Of a stretch of 64,000 nucleotides of DNA, positions 24,698 through 39,600 are shown piece after piece. Under the pieces are notes generated by a model. It worked only from the letters and a program-made list of their open reading frames with translations, did not search any database and had not been told where the DNA came from. Source of the DNA: Phoronis australis (lineage: Eukaryota > Animalia > Phoronida); assembly GCA_002633005.1 (NCBI GenBank), contig NMRA01000021.1:165000-228999 (forward strand), in the 5' to 3' direction. Made by a program: the position numbers and the translations under genes. Numbering within the stretch: position 1 is the stretch's first letter; each line of letters opens with the position of its first letter.

Positions 24698-27600
24698 GTA
24701 ATTGTCACGTGATCAGACTAAGATGTTGGTGATGGTAAAAGGCCCACACATTAAGTTCTATAGAGGAATGTAACTTTCGATGTGTGTGTTTTTGCCTAAT
24801 TTTCCGTTCAAAAAGTAAATCAATAGCTTTTAGCTGTGAGTGCAGTGCTGGGGATTATGTTTTGGTATTGCCCTCTTTTAAGGGCATACCGCGGTGTAAT
24901 CGTCGCTTTTTTATTGTAGAAAAACCTCTTATGGACACCTCATGGATCGGCGTATTGTTCCGGCGTGGCTTCACTCACCAAAATTTATATGTCAGAAAGT
25001 GGACTGTTGAATGCTGCATGTCGGAGCACATTTCGAGCTCACCCAGGTTTACTGAGGACTGGCAGGGGGTTGGTGTCTTTGGGATGTTTTATAACTTCGT
25101 TTGATTTAACAAGTTCAAGTTATTCTGATTGTGTGTAAGCTGGTGGTTAGTAATCGTTCTACAATTTAGCACACTACAGCAAATATGGTACACTCCAAAA
25201 ATATTCGTACACGACCGGAAATTCCAGGTCTTAATGACTGGGTGAAAGCTGAATTCAGTGTTAGATTTGCTTGTTAGCTAAGTGACCGAGAATGAACTAG
25301 GCGAATTAACTTCTGGTGTCAAGTGTCCAGATAGTGGGGCGTTTAGTCGGAAAATTTCCTCTTAAAAGCCCGCTCAGCGTCAGCTTTTAGCCACAAATTC
25401 AGTTTTGTGGAGCATTTGTCATTTATAAAAATGAATATACTTTTGGGGAACAATGTATTAGTTAACTTAGAATTAAAAAGCAGAGTTTTATGCCAAAAAA
25501 ATCGCTGATATTTTCATATCAGCCAAGGCCATGACTTCCCGCTTATATGCCCGGGCGTTTATTTGGTGTTACTAAAAGGCCTGAAAATTTTCGTTTTCCG
25601 AATACGCGCCTATGGTCTCAACTATGGAAAATCATGGCAGTATGATTAGAAACCATGCTGAACTTCTCTTTAACATCTTGTTTTGATTTAAACAGAAAAT
25701 TGGATATATGCAGTTGCTTTACTTTAATTTGTAGAATTTTTGATGAAGAAAACTTGGACAATTGTAAGTCATGCAGGGTGCTGACTGTTATGGTTTATTT
25801 ATTCCATTTCAGTTCATTTGTGGTCACCTGCTGCCAGTGTTGAACGATGGGTCATTGTTTACCAGGTGAGAAGAAGGACAGTTCATGAGGGCCACTGATT
25901 AGTCATTGGCTTTTGTTTCGTAACGCATGAGGGACATTGGTTGGTTATTGTCTCATGTTAAATGAAACTTAAGGGGCTCAGATTGATAATTGGCTTTTGT
26001 CTGCTGGTTCATGAGGGGCTCTGCTAGTTCAGGAGGGGGATCTAATGATGCGTAGAGACCCTGATTAATAATTGGCTTTTGTCTATCGTGCAAAAATGCA
26101 ACTATGAAATGTATTTATTCATTGTTAAGATTGGGGAACATTCAAAGTTATCTGTTGTTGTGGGGCTGTACTACATTGAACCTTGCATGTGTACTATGAC
26201 TGGACATGCTTGTAAGTTAGGAACTTGTTAACATCCAAGAAATTGGTAAACATTGCTAGACCTGTTCTAGGTATGAGCATTTCCCAGTATGTCAAGCTTC
26301 AGCTTGTTGAAAACAATACGACTTAAGTGTAAGATGTCACCTCACGAGAAAAAAAAACGATTTGTATGGTCCATCTTGTGTTGTAGAGACAGTGAGGCCT
26401 TGCCTGGAACTTTCCCGAAACTGGCTACAGAGGTCTCTAGTTTCCTACAGACATGCATGCAGAGTATGAGTGAGGTGGAGAAAGGTAAAGCAATGGTGCT
26501 TCAGTTGTTATTGTGTATTTTGGCAGTATGTGGGTCTTTTTTCTGCCTTGTTGTTTAAAGAAAAATTCCTATTTTTTTTCCTTTTGGTGGGAGGCAGTCT
26601 AGAGCTGTATGTCGATTTTGATTCCCCAATCGTAATAGACTATAATTACAGTCCTTAGAATAATTGAAAATCGTAATTAGGAATGGAGTATTATTAAGAG
26701 ACAAAGTACAAATTTAAAGTATTCATAGTGTCATGAGAAATATCAGGACTTGGAATTTTCCTCTTTTAAGTGGATTTCCTCTTTTTTGTTTTCGATTTCC
26801 TCTTAATTGATTTCCAGTTTCCTCATTTTTCATCTCTTTTTATCATTACTTTTTACTTCTCATTCATGCAAAAACTGTCAGTTTGATTTTACAACACAAA
26901 ATATATTCCTATCACACAAGCCTATTTATTTGTGGAACAATATGTCACCTGGAAAATCTCCTTTTTGTCGTTGATCATTCCAAGCTCTGCAATATATATA
27001 AACCAGGATCAGCTTTGAATTATCACAGAAAATGGGATCAGTGGATTGAGAAATAATTGATCTCACCTTGCGCTGTCTAACAAAATTTCAAACAGAGTTA
27101 AGTGGTGGTGTCTTATGCTCTCGCTACATTTAAGGGTTTTATTTTTGTCATTTTCTATTACAAACACCGTTCTATCAGTAGTCACCATACAAGTCTTTGT
27201 TTCAGTGTCGTTCTCTTGTGAATTCATCTCAAATTTTTGTGAGATTGCTTGGAGCGAAGTGGCCATGTTATACATATCGTGGGCTGTATATCATCTTCAA
27301 CACAAATGTTTGTGGGGTGGAGATGAACTGCGAAAACTGAGGTCAGTATTAATCTTCTTATAGACAAGAATTTACATATTGGCTTATGCTTGAATGGAAA
27401 CTTGCAATTCCCAAGTAAAACAAGGGACCTTCACATAAAGTTGTCTGCATTTAAGTGAATCAGATGGGTTACTTATCATGTGACCCTCCTCCCATGTTTA
27501 TGAACTGTTTTTGCTTTATTCAATTTTCAAAAAATGACCTTTATTGATTGGCACAACTTAGTGGACATTGAGTGACCCATAGCTATTCCACACCCTTCAA

Positions 27601-30600
27601 AATTTTCCTGCTCTCTAAATTCTTATGTACATTTGGTAAATCTTGCTTTCAGCTTTTTGAATTTTCCCTCATGTTTAAGATGTGTGTGTATTTCATCACA
27701 ATGTTAATTGGTTTGTAAGGTATAATGTGTTGAGAGAGTTCATATTGAATTGTTGTAGAAAGTTATGTCTCAAATATTTAGAATTTGAGCTCATTATCAA
27801 ACTCCTGTAAAGCACTGCTTTGCCTGTAGCACTACCTCTGTGACAGTATTACGTAATGAATCTTCTTTTGCAGAGCTCTCATGCTGTCTGGGTGCCTAAG
27901 CTGTTTCGATGTTCACATTCGCAGTTCCATACAGACCTTACTGTGTGAGGCTGTGTTGAAGTTGAGTGACACGGTAATTATTTGTTATACGCATTTCATC
28001 TAGACTGCTAACAATATTTGACTCAAATAGTATAAAGTTAAGCGACAAGCGTCTTTACTAAAATATATTAAAATATTTGGAAATGTGGGGATATTTTAAT
28101 ATATTTTAGTATCAATGCGCGTTTTACTTTATACTATTTTACTCTTCTTAACCATCAGTAACTGCAGGATATTCCATCACTTATGTTATTTATTTATGAA
28201 TATTTTACTCGTATTGTTAAATATGTTTTTTGTAATTTCACAACATTTCAATTACTAAATATTGAAGGAGACTTTTTGGAAAAACTGTTGTCACTGTTGC
28301 TAAAGGTCAGACTAACTTCGGTAACTGACCTCTCAAGGATATCATTTATTCCTCTGAAGAATGTGACCCAGAATTTTTTTACTCTAATTTATGTTTATTG
28401 CATTTTCAGTCGAAATTATGCTTTGAAGATTTTGCCTGCTTCCTAACTTGCCTTCAGTCTTCTGAGTGTTTGAAGAGAGGCACCACCCTGTGGACTAAGT
28501 GTTCTGATTGGCTGAGAGTGCGGTCTCAAGAAGGTGCTCTCTGTGGTGATGAAATCTTGGGATACCTGAAGAAAAACATGGCTGCAGTATTGAAAAGTCC
28601 TGCAGGTAATAGTATCCATTTCTGGTTATTGTCAGATGTTGTTAAAAGGAACTAATTATGACCTAAAATGTAAACAAACTTTGATGTTTCTACATTCGTA
28701 ATGTGGATCAAATGTTTTAGGTCTCAGGAATCGTGCCGTGCAGTTTGAGGCTTCTATGGAAAAAAGCATTTTAGTGTTGTTTTTATTTGCTTTCGCTCAA
28801 TTAAAAGATATTGTTTTGTTTCACTAAGACCTATGAAATTCTGTAACAAGTAGACATTCATTTGTATCTTGCTGTTGAACATTGAAAGTGGCAACTACCC
28901 TGCCTTTCACCACGTCAACCAAATTTTGATTTAGACCACTTGCTGTTGAAAAATCAGTCTGAAAAATTTCCTTAGTCAGATTGGAGGTGATTTGAGGGCT
29001 TTGACAGAACAGAGTTTGTTAGTGTTTGAGTCACAGCTCTAGAAGTTGACTAGTCACGGCGTGTCATTACATGTGCCCAGCATGATCTCAAAGAATAATG
29101 AATTGTCTGTCCAATGTAAACCCAGAAATCACTTCTCATAGAGTAAAGATTAAGTTGAGACCAATTTTAGTGATTAGCATTAAATGGTCTAACCCAAAAG
29201 TTAGCTTCACGGATAGAAACCAGGTTTATAGCCAGTTTAAACCCTTCGTGAATTTTGAGCCTTTCTCAAAGTTGTGGTGTATGTATCGTTGTAGATGATG
29301 GAGACAGCACTGTTGCTGGCCATTCATCCACATTTGCTAAGGTCCTCATCCTTCTTTGTGATGCCAAAGTCGTTCTACTCACCTCTGACCCCAACGACAA
29401 ATACCGTCTTGACCTTTGTCAATTTCTCCAGCCAGTATTGGAGACTGTGAATAGTATGAATCATCGGGCTTACATGGCTGCCGGCAAGGCTGAGAGCTGC
29501 CTGCGTGTTGTGACTGGCATTGTTGAGGAACTGGGAAAGAGCAATGGGTGTGTGCTGAGTGACAAGGACGAGCTATCAATCACACTCAGCAAGACGTTTA
29601 GTGGGTGTGTTAGAGAAGTCGCCGTTTTTGTTGCCAGAAAAGTAACAAGTGGAATCAAGCAGGTAATAAATACTGATTTTCTGTTCACGAAATGTTGATA
29701 TACAAATCATAATGGTGTTGTCTTCATTGTGTTGAGCAAAAATCAATGGATCTGTACTTCTGTTGTCATTTGTATTGACACGTGTGCAATAGTAAAAGAA
29801 CATTTGAGGTATTTTTGTCATAGAAGTCTGATTTAAAGAAACTTGAGTGTCTGTTCTACAATACTCTATTCTCAGTAAAATGCAGTATTTTGGTGCACTA
29901 TTTCAGATGGCAGATCTAAGTATCCTTGACCTTTGTGTTGACCTTTTGACCCAGCTGAACCTGATTCGTCCTGAGCACATGTCTAAGGCCTGTATAGATG
30001 ATGTACTACCCAGTCTCACGCTGGTCATCAACTCTGAAGTGACTGTAAGATTTCCTTTGGTTTTGTTATTCAGCCACTGCAGGCAGTCTGGTACACATTG
30101 TACCAGTTGTGCACAGGCCACTCAGGTGGGCTCATTGCACTGATCACCTGGAACCTTTTAATTTTTTATTAATATAGATAAAATCAAGGTGAGGAGCTAC
30201 AGATGTACTCAAGGGCCTAGCAGTGTGCCCGACGATCTTGAGTAAAGGAATTGGACAGTTATTCCACTAGGTCACATTGCCTCTTGAGTATTACAGTGTA
30301 GCCCAGTTAATGTCGTACTGGATTATAGAATACCCTGGGTATTGTCAGGGAATGTAAAAAAATCATTTCCCATGAAATCCAAGTACGATATCCTGGATTT
30401 GTTTCTAGATTTTGTCATTAAAAGTCTGCAAACTTGATTATCACTTGCTTATTAGCATGTGTATCTTCGCTTTTCTGCTTAAAACCAAATTCATCTTAAA
30501 TTCATTTGCCTTATCGGATCTTGGCTACTGGGGTAAAAATCATGCATTCGCTGTTTACATTTCTTACTCTGAGATTCTCGTCGTAGCATAATTAGTTATA

Positions 30601-33600
30601 GGAGTGCTTGCGAGCATCGCCAAGTTGAAACCTTCTGACAATAGAATATCCTTCATGTTAGCGTAATTTATGTCAAAACCGAGGGTATGGCATTGACTGG
30701 GCTCCATTGTATAGGTAATATAACCACATGCTCATTTCCAGGAGACACAAGAGGCGAGTATGGCTCGTCTTGCTGCTGTCACAATACTGGCAACTGTGTG
30801 TAAGATGACATCGCACTCACAGGTGTTGGATCTCAACATGAGAAAACTAATCCCCAAGATCAACGTTGAAATTATGTTGAAGAAGGAGTCAAGGTATGTT
30901 TTTGTTTGTTTTTGTAGATTATGTGTGTGCGTACACGTGCGTGTTAGCATTTTAACAAATATTGGCATCACATGATTAATATCACCATCACACGATTGCT
31001 TTGATATCACCATCCCATATCTGATGTCATATCACCATCAAATGATTGATGTAATATTGCCAGCATTTGGCTGATATAATATCACCATCACAGAATTGCT
31101 ATGATATCACATTCGCATGATTCATACAGCATCACCATCACATAATTATGACAGGTTGTAATTGATATTAAAACCATTATTACAGTAACACTGTGGTAAA
31201 AGTGGTGCCGTGTGTGTGGTGACCTAGACAGTACAAATATAGTCTCAGATACCAGTTTTTTTCATTGTCCATGCATTGTGTTGGTAAGGATTTTGAATCT
31301 TCGCAGCACCCTTGGAAGCATTATTTGGAAAAGAACCTCTAGGAAAGTACTATATAATAGTGATTTCTTGTTGCTGTGTTTTGTTCGAATTTTTTAGGAA
31401 TTTATTTTCTGAGTTTTAAATTGGAATTGTGCAACTACTCTGAAAATGGAGGTAACAGAAACAATCTTGCTAGCATCATGGCCGGTCACTGTGTGAAATT
31501 ATTAAGCTACTTTGCTGAAAAATCCTTCGATAGTAGAGATGTGATAAGAAAACTCACCATCTGGGACATCCTACCTTGAGTTAGCGACGTTTCACATTCA
31601 TTTCCAGTTTGTCTCAAAGTGACTGGGGACGTGTGGTGAGTCTCTATCTTCAGGCTCAATGGACATGCCTGGAGTACGCCCTTGTCAATGACCTTGAGAC
31701 GATGGGTGATACGGGCACGCTGGTGCAGCTGGCGCTGGAAACGTTCAACTTGACCTATCACGAGTGCACTCCTGTTGTTTTCAGGTGTCTCAAGCACCTG
31801 GTTGTTAAGGTGAGTAATGAGACGGTTTTGTAAAGCACTGAGTGAACCGTGCTGCCACCTAGCTGTGCAAGGAGACAATTCTACTTTGTGGTAAGTGGCC
31901 ATGGGACATATGCTTCTTTTCATACAGGTGAATAGTGTTTTTTCCATGGAAGAAAAGCTTTTCAGCCTTGATAAAAGGAGTTTTAAATCTATGAGGGAAG
32001 GGTCTTGTGGTTTAAGCCCCTGCAGTGAATGTCTGACAAATACGCCAGTTCTCGTTCTCAAAATATCTCGTGGCTTCTTGTTGTGCCTTGTTGTGCCTAC
32101 TTGAGGATGATACTTTTTCTTGTTAATGTGTGGTTTGTCTTCTAAATGTGCAACTGTACTCTGAATGTAGTGCTCGACAACAAGTCGCACTTGGCAAAAA
32201 TGCCATGTTGCGTAACAAAATGGATCTGAGGTCCCCAAAACTTACGTCAAAACTTATGTCAAAATTATGAGGTAGTGCTGTACTCCATCTTGGAAACTTA
32301 CACATTCTTCTTCGATATCTCCTGGTAAAAATATATGGCTCCATTCAATCTCCTTCCAACGAAGATAGAACACAGACGATTGCATACACTGGAGCCGCGT
32401 GTTTCACTTATCTTGCCCGATTTTTGTTGGACAATTCTGACTTCCGTCTTTGTGATTTAAGGGCATGTTTGATGTGTGCTGACTGCTGAGGGTGGTAAAT
32501 GCACTGATTTCACACAATGAGCGGAAGAATTATGAACCAAAGGTGTTAAATCTAGAAAAAGTGTTAATAATTTAAAGTTTGGAAGTCATTACAAACTTTG
32601 AAATGAATTTCGTGGAAATTATTGTCTGGCTTTGATACTTGCTGTAGCGACCTCGTGGCGACTTGGGATTTCTCCCAGGTCCCCAAACACAATCTGAGGT
32701 CGCATTGGCAACCTGCAGGTCACCAAATCAAGCACTGGAATGGATGAATGAGTTTTGACAATGATCATCACAACTGTAAAAAAGCTCGGAGATGGATGAA
32801 TGAACATTTGACAATGATCATCACAACACTGTTTAATGTTGATTTAAAAGTGAAAAGTGAACTAATAGATGCGATGTCTCTTGTTGCACCACAACTACTA
32901 TGTTGACGTAAAAAAGTAAATCACATGTGAAATGCTAGCACTGTTGTTGTGCAAATAATAGGTTATAGAAACCAGATGGATGTTTTAGGCTATATGAAGG
33001 TCTGCAGTCCATTATAACTATAGTTATCCCATAAATATGAGAATACGGGTGTTGTATACATCACGTTATCCACTGTGAAATACAGGAAAGTATCAGCCAT
33101 CCGTATACAACGGTAGAGGTCGTATACACTTGTAGAGGCCGTATACAGTGGTAGAGGACATATACAACGGTATAAGCCATATTTCACGGTTGGTGAGCAG
33201 TCTTCTGATGGAGTAAATGCGCATGCACAACACCAAATTTGATTAAGGTCGTTCATTTGGGTTACCTTAAGCATTGATGCAAGGCGTTGTTCCTGAAAAA
33301 GCAGTTTTACTGCTCTAAAAACTGAAAAGATTTACCAATGAACAATTCTGACGCACAGTGATCAGGCAGCTATTTTTATGCCTCGCTAGTTTTAATCTAG
33401 GTCATCATCAATAGGTCAAGCTAAATAGCGTCCCCCGACCAACGAAATCAGCCAAAAATGCGATTCGAATTCAACAAAAATGTTTCGTTATGGATGCATA
33501 CAGTATATCAACAGTATGAGCTAAGGTGTTTACAGGAAATTGCGACCTATTATCAGATATGTGTGTTTACTGACACAATCACCTGCTCGCAGCGTTCCTC

Positions 33601-36600
33601 AACTCTGTCGCTGGTAACATAAAATCTACTTTTTGCGATACAGTCCTTAACTCAAGTTTCCACCACTATTTCTCAGTGTTGTGAGCAACACTGAGAAATG
33701 GTTCTATTACTATTTACAGTCCAGAAGCTAAGACACAAAAGTGGACTAAGAAAACTAAGCAATTCATCAAAGCTAAAACGCCTCACTACTGCACAACTTT
33801 TCAGGGAATGTTTCAATTTTTATATCTCCGGATAGATTGTTTCCAAGTTTCCGACAAACGTTTGATATTATTGAATGGTTCAGTGCTTTATTTTCAAAAG
33901 CTGTTGTTCAATTCTTTCAAAAATAAGCTTTTCGCTTAACTGGCATGGGTACTGTACTTGGAATACATATGACATGACATGACAAGCCAAAGCACACACC
34001 GCGATGATGCAAATAAGTCCATATATATGGGATAAGTAGGTTATCCTACATACATAGGAATACTTCTGCAATATCCTATCTCGAATACATTTCATCTGCG
34101 AATGTCCCAACTCAACCTTCGGTCTCGGTGGGACATTCTCATATGAAATGAATTCTTGATAGGATATGGCAGTAGTATTGTTATGTATGTAGGGTAACCT
34201 ATATTTATTTAATACAACATTAACAGTTAATTTTTACATGTTGGAAGACCAAATTTGACCGTGAACTTGGTTCCTTTATAAGAGAGCTGTAAAAGAGGTA
34301 ACAAGACTTGATTTTTGTCAATTGCAGTCACCATCAAGTATGTATGAAATATTCTGCACTACGTAAATCTTTATTTAGCATGGTTGTACTTGACTACAGC
34401 TAAGTTGCTGCTAATACACTCCATTTATAAAATGATAAGCTCTATCACAGTCCAACAGGTGGCATTACCTGTCGTTCTGTTGTCTCACAACATCAGTGTC
34501 ATGTATAAAGCTAAAATTAGATACAAGTATTCTTTCTCAATTTCAATGGCAGAAAACAAAAAGCGAACATCAGTGACTTATTTGTCACAACTTAGGGTTG
34601 AGCTAGCCCTAATGGGAGGCTAAATATTAGACTCATTTTTAATAATTAGCACATCATTTTAAGCACAATATTTAAAGCACAATATTCAAAGCACAATATT
34701 CAAAGCACATTGTTTAAACCACAGTATTCAAACCATTATTTAAAGGTGAATGGTAAAGGATTCATTTCTTTCATCGAGACATGTACACAGGTAGGCTGTA
34801 CACAGGTAGGCTGTTGTCTGAAAGTTTGCGATATTGTTTCATGGCTCTTTCATTGTTATTCAATAGAGGTCACTTTCTTCCAGGCCTTTTAAGTTAAAGT
34901 TTAAACTTCACTAACCAATATACTGAAACTAATTGTTCAGGAATAAAAAAAACTGGTTTATTAAAATAGCTAATCTCTTTAACAAATTCCGTAGAGACAT
35001 GACAGTACAGTGTGAAGAATGTCCAAATACTGAAAGATTCTCAAATGCCTGACACCAGCTCTTACCATACTGCCTGCCTCTTGAATGGAGTATTTTCTAC
35101 ACAAAGGCCATGCCCCACTTGTTTCACTCAAAAATATTTTTTCCAATTTTTGCAGTTCGATTACTTTACTGTTAATAATGGAAAATTAATCAAAAGTTGA
35201 TCTATGACATCTACACAGTTCAAACCACGCTAGTGGTAAATTGAAACTTTCTTACTATAATCTACATTTTTTGTGAAGAATTTGACATAATAGAATTTCA
35301 CTTGTCAGCCATATCATCTGCTAAAATAAGCAAAGAATTTGTTTTTGTGTTATTTTAACTGGAGGTCAGGAAAACTCACATTTTGTAATATTCTTAATAC
35401 TGTACTGTAAATTGCACTGCCAGTATTAAACTTGTTTACACCTCCTCTTTCACATGCCTAGAATGACGAATTACAGGAAATCCTTTTTCACCATGAATAA
35501 AGTGATTTTCCCACAGTCGTTTAGTTTTCGTTGCTCTGTAAAAAGGTCAATTGCACCTTGTCGATTATTGCATCTGAGAACAAGTAGGAGAATTGTAATT
35601 CCCTACTATTTTGCACAAATATTGTCAAAATTGCTGCAAGTAGTGGAGACTTCACCAAATGTTGTTTTGTGACATCTTAACACTACAAACTGCACTGTCT
35701 GTGGTAATAGACGAAAAGTTTGTTTGTATTTATTTTTCTAGAAAGTCTTTATGAAATAGAATGTCACTTGTCGGCCACACTTTCACACTTTGTGCTTAAG
35801 TGAAGAATTTCAGTAGAAGTAATTGCATAACCAATACCTTTTCCAGTAGTCTTTTGTTAGTAATGGTTATTAAAAATGTAACTAAAGAATAGTGCAACAG
35901 TGACAACTCTTAAGTCATTGTGCAGAATAGACAAATAGGAGCAACCATTGACCTACAAACCCTTGGTGGTTATTTTTGGCTTTGATTCGTGTTCAGAGCA
36001 GTGTACACTCCTTCTGGGGACTTAGTTTCCAGCACGGCATACTTGTTTTCTGGGGCCCTCTGCTGTTCAAACTGTTGGCTGGGGGTCGTGTAGTAACCAC
36101 CACACGACGCTTGGTCTAGCTCTAAATACACATTCTGATCACGTTCCGACGCAGTGTCGTACGGTATTGTCTCGTATATGTTGTCGTAGGCTGGGTTGTC
36201 GTTGTGTAGACCTTTTGAATAGTTAGTGCTGTCGTACATTGTCTGGTGTTGAGACAGATTCGGCGGAGACCTCACTTGAGATTTGGGTAGGTGTCGATGA
36301 CTGCTCCTAATTTACGTAAATTCAAGTGGGTTAGAACTCATTCTCTGAAATTGCTAACTAAAGTATTGTGCAAAATTTAGCAGATTTTTTGTAACAAATA
36401 TGTTATATGTTAGAATTCAGTCAGAGTGACATATCTAGACATGGAGACAATGAAGGAAATATCATAAAAGCACATTGTTCTGTAAAAAGTCATAAACTTA
36501 TTTTAATATTTATAGCTCTAGGAGCATAGTTAACGAAACTGCAATTGAAAAATTGACAAATGATTTGGCCTATTCGCTTACAATGTAGTCAATATTCCCA

Positions 36601-39600
36601 GTTGATTTTCTTGTAATGGCATTAGACAAACTTCATAATTTTTTTAAATTAGGTATGTAGATTACAGTGTTTGAGTTGATCTTTTCCCACATTGGTCTTG
36701 CAAGTATTGTTATCGTACACTAGTCCTCACCTTGTACAGCATACGATGATCACGGCCACAACCACTAGGAGCACCACAGCGCCCCCTGCAGTTGCTCCTG
36801 CTATGACTGCCACTATAGAAGAAACAAGATCAGTTATGATCAGTGCAATGTACAAACACGGTGGTTCAGCTTTCTCCTCTCAACATGGGTTGAAACTGTC
36901 TCACAAATCTTTTCATGACATTGTTATTCACAGTGACTACTAGTAACTGTAATATATTATTAGCTTTCAAGTCAAGTTTTCAATGTTGGTGTTTCATGGG
37001 GCTTTGAGTCACATTTTTTGTACAATTTCTTTGTTAGTATTAATATTAACTCGTGAAGTTCTTATTTAACAAGATTTTTTTTCTTTTCAAGTTCCAAGTT
37101 GTTAATGGTGAATGGACATACCATTTTCCATTGCTGTGCCCCCACTTTTTGAAGCATCATTTTTCGGAGTGGTGGGTAAAGTGGGAGGAGCTTTACTTGT
37201 CAGTACTGGTAGCAGAGTCTGTGATTGGTCGGTGGGTGGAGTTTGTTTAGTCCAGAGCTGTTGGTGGGTTGTCATCCTTGATCGTGTTGTCATTGAAGTT
37301 TTCACAGTGGATGACCGTGTAGCTGGGGATGTTTTCAGTCTACCTGTGGTCTTGGTTGACTGTGTCCATGCTGTCCAAGTTGGCATGGAGGCTGGATTTG
37401 ATTTGGTAGGATGAGTCCATTCAGCCCAAAGGTGTGTTGGGCGAGTCCCATATGTGGAAGGCGGTGTATTGGATGGGGTCGATTTTGTAGATCGAGTACT
37501 TGGGTGAGTCCACATTGAGCTGTACCGAGGGGTGGTGGGTTCATTTGCTGTAGATGCTGAACAAGGCTCCGCTTTCCAACATTCAACTTCCATTGTCTTG
37601 TTAACCTTGTTTTCCCATGTGATTACTAAAAAAGAAATGGTCCCATTGGTTTGTAATGCAGTTTTTGGATAGCAACAGTGATGGTACAAATTTGAGACCT
37701 GGTCACGTAAATGTTACAAGCTGGTTAACAAGAATTTCACCACGTCACGTGCCATGTTCAACACAACTGATGACGTCACGCAACTGTCAAAGTTCCATGT
37801 GTTTCATGTTATAATTTTACGTTACGGTTGATTTTTGACAATTGCTTACTAGGAGTTTGACGCATGCTTGGCAACCATTGTGTTGTAATTATAATGTTTC
37901 AACGCGAGTAATATTGAGACTAATGTTACTATTAATGTTTTTTATAATTCAAAGTGTGCATTGTTATGATAATTTATGTTTCTGTAAAAAGCAGTTTATA
38001 CTGTTCTGTAGAACTCACTTTGTTTGTAATTCAAGTTAGTTATGGTCATAAGCAATGGTCTGCATTGCTAATCTAGTATTTATAGTGTGACAAGAACTTA
38101 TTAATAGGTCCGTGAAAATATGAAAACAACTCACGCTGTAATGCCAGCCATATTCCTCTATTCTTCGACCTCTTGGAACCGGTGACGTTAAGATGAAATG
38201 AGAGATAATTGGAAAGAAAATTGAGTGGCATATATGTGTGCAGTCGGCCACACTCGCGTGTCATTTTTGCTGTTGAGTTAGACCATGTGACACTCGACCA
38301 CTTTAGGTGGTCGTCACATGAACCCTGTGACTCTCCTTGCTGCCCATGTGACTCCTGATATAAGTCAAAGTCCAGAACCGTAGTCTCAATGTAAACGTCG
38401 TTATCACGTGTCCACACCCAACAGTTGCAGACACTGCACGACGCGTCGGAGCCGGTGAAGTATTTGTTGGGGTAACCCTTGGTCTTTAGGAACACCGATC
38501 GGTTAGTGGTCAGTTGAAAGTAGTTGCACAGCCGGCGTTTGTTGTTTTCTGAAAGATAGCCATGCCTGAGTCAGGCACCAGTCTCAATGTGATTGGTTGT
38601 AGGAGTATCCAACATTTGCTATAGAGAGCTTAGTTAAATGCACTAGGTGGCACTAGTGAGACAATAGTCCCAGATGTAGGAATGCATGCATTGAGGTAGT
38701 CGTAAGCGAACACTGGGCCACGACAAGCTCTCTCATGCTTGTGATCACCCTTCTGATCATAAGACTATTCTGATAACAATGGGGGTTACATCTGCTTCAC
38801 CAGGTGTTCGTCTGCTGTTATGCATAGATGTCACAATACATTCATGTAATTGTCGTCCATTACAGAATTTTGTTCGATAGATATCCAGTCAGGATGAAAA
38901 TATTTGCAAAAAAGCTAACACTCTATTTTCTTGTTAACAAAAACATAAGATAGTGATCGTTCTGTATCTATAGTTTTCGCAAGTCACTCACTTGGTATGC
39001 AGTCGTAGTGAACATGGAGATATGTGTGCTGTGTTGAACAAGGTGTCGCTAGACTTTCATTGGTCTTGATTTGACAACGCTGGCGTCCATTACACCTATC
39101 TCCCACGTACTCTGTGATGTCTTGGTTACAACTTCCGTCCAAGGATTCACACGAACTCTCGTTACCCACCAATGCACTAATGACAAATATTACGTCTTTT
39201 GTTTTTGTATCGCATTGGAGAACCTTCCATCCTGTTAGGTAGGGCGTCTGGCAGAAATGTCTTTCTACCCCTGCCAAATATAAAATCTACGGTATGGTAA
39301 CTCTCGCCTTAATTTGCCCAAAAAATTACCAAAATTGATAATTTTCCTTTTTTCAAAGACTGGTTAACTTGCTGCAAGTTATGGGAACATTTACCAAATG
39401 TTGTTTTATGCCATCTACGACAGTACACCCCATGCCAATTATCTACTAAATTTCTTTAATCTTTATTTCTGTGGAGAAATTTGATAAAAAAAAAATTCAC
39501 TCGGCTGTTTTTGTGCTTGTTAAGGTATACGTGTTACTGTATTGTTAAAGTTTTGAAGGGTGTACTGTGTGGTTTAGAAATGAAAAATAAGACCTCAAAG

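Noticed and set aside
31376-31579. Extra TARBP1 exon candidate
   Set aside because: It ends in a stop without a suitable donor, and exons 10 and 11 already join in phase.
31507-32238. 243-aa minus-strand ORF
   Set aside because: It overlaps TARBP1 exon 11 in antisense, has no recognisable domain or splice context, and is likely a shadow ORF.
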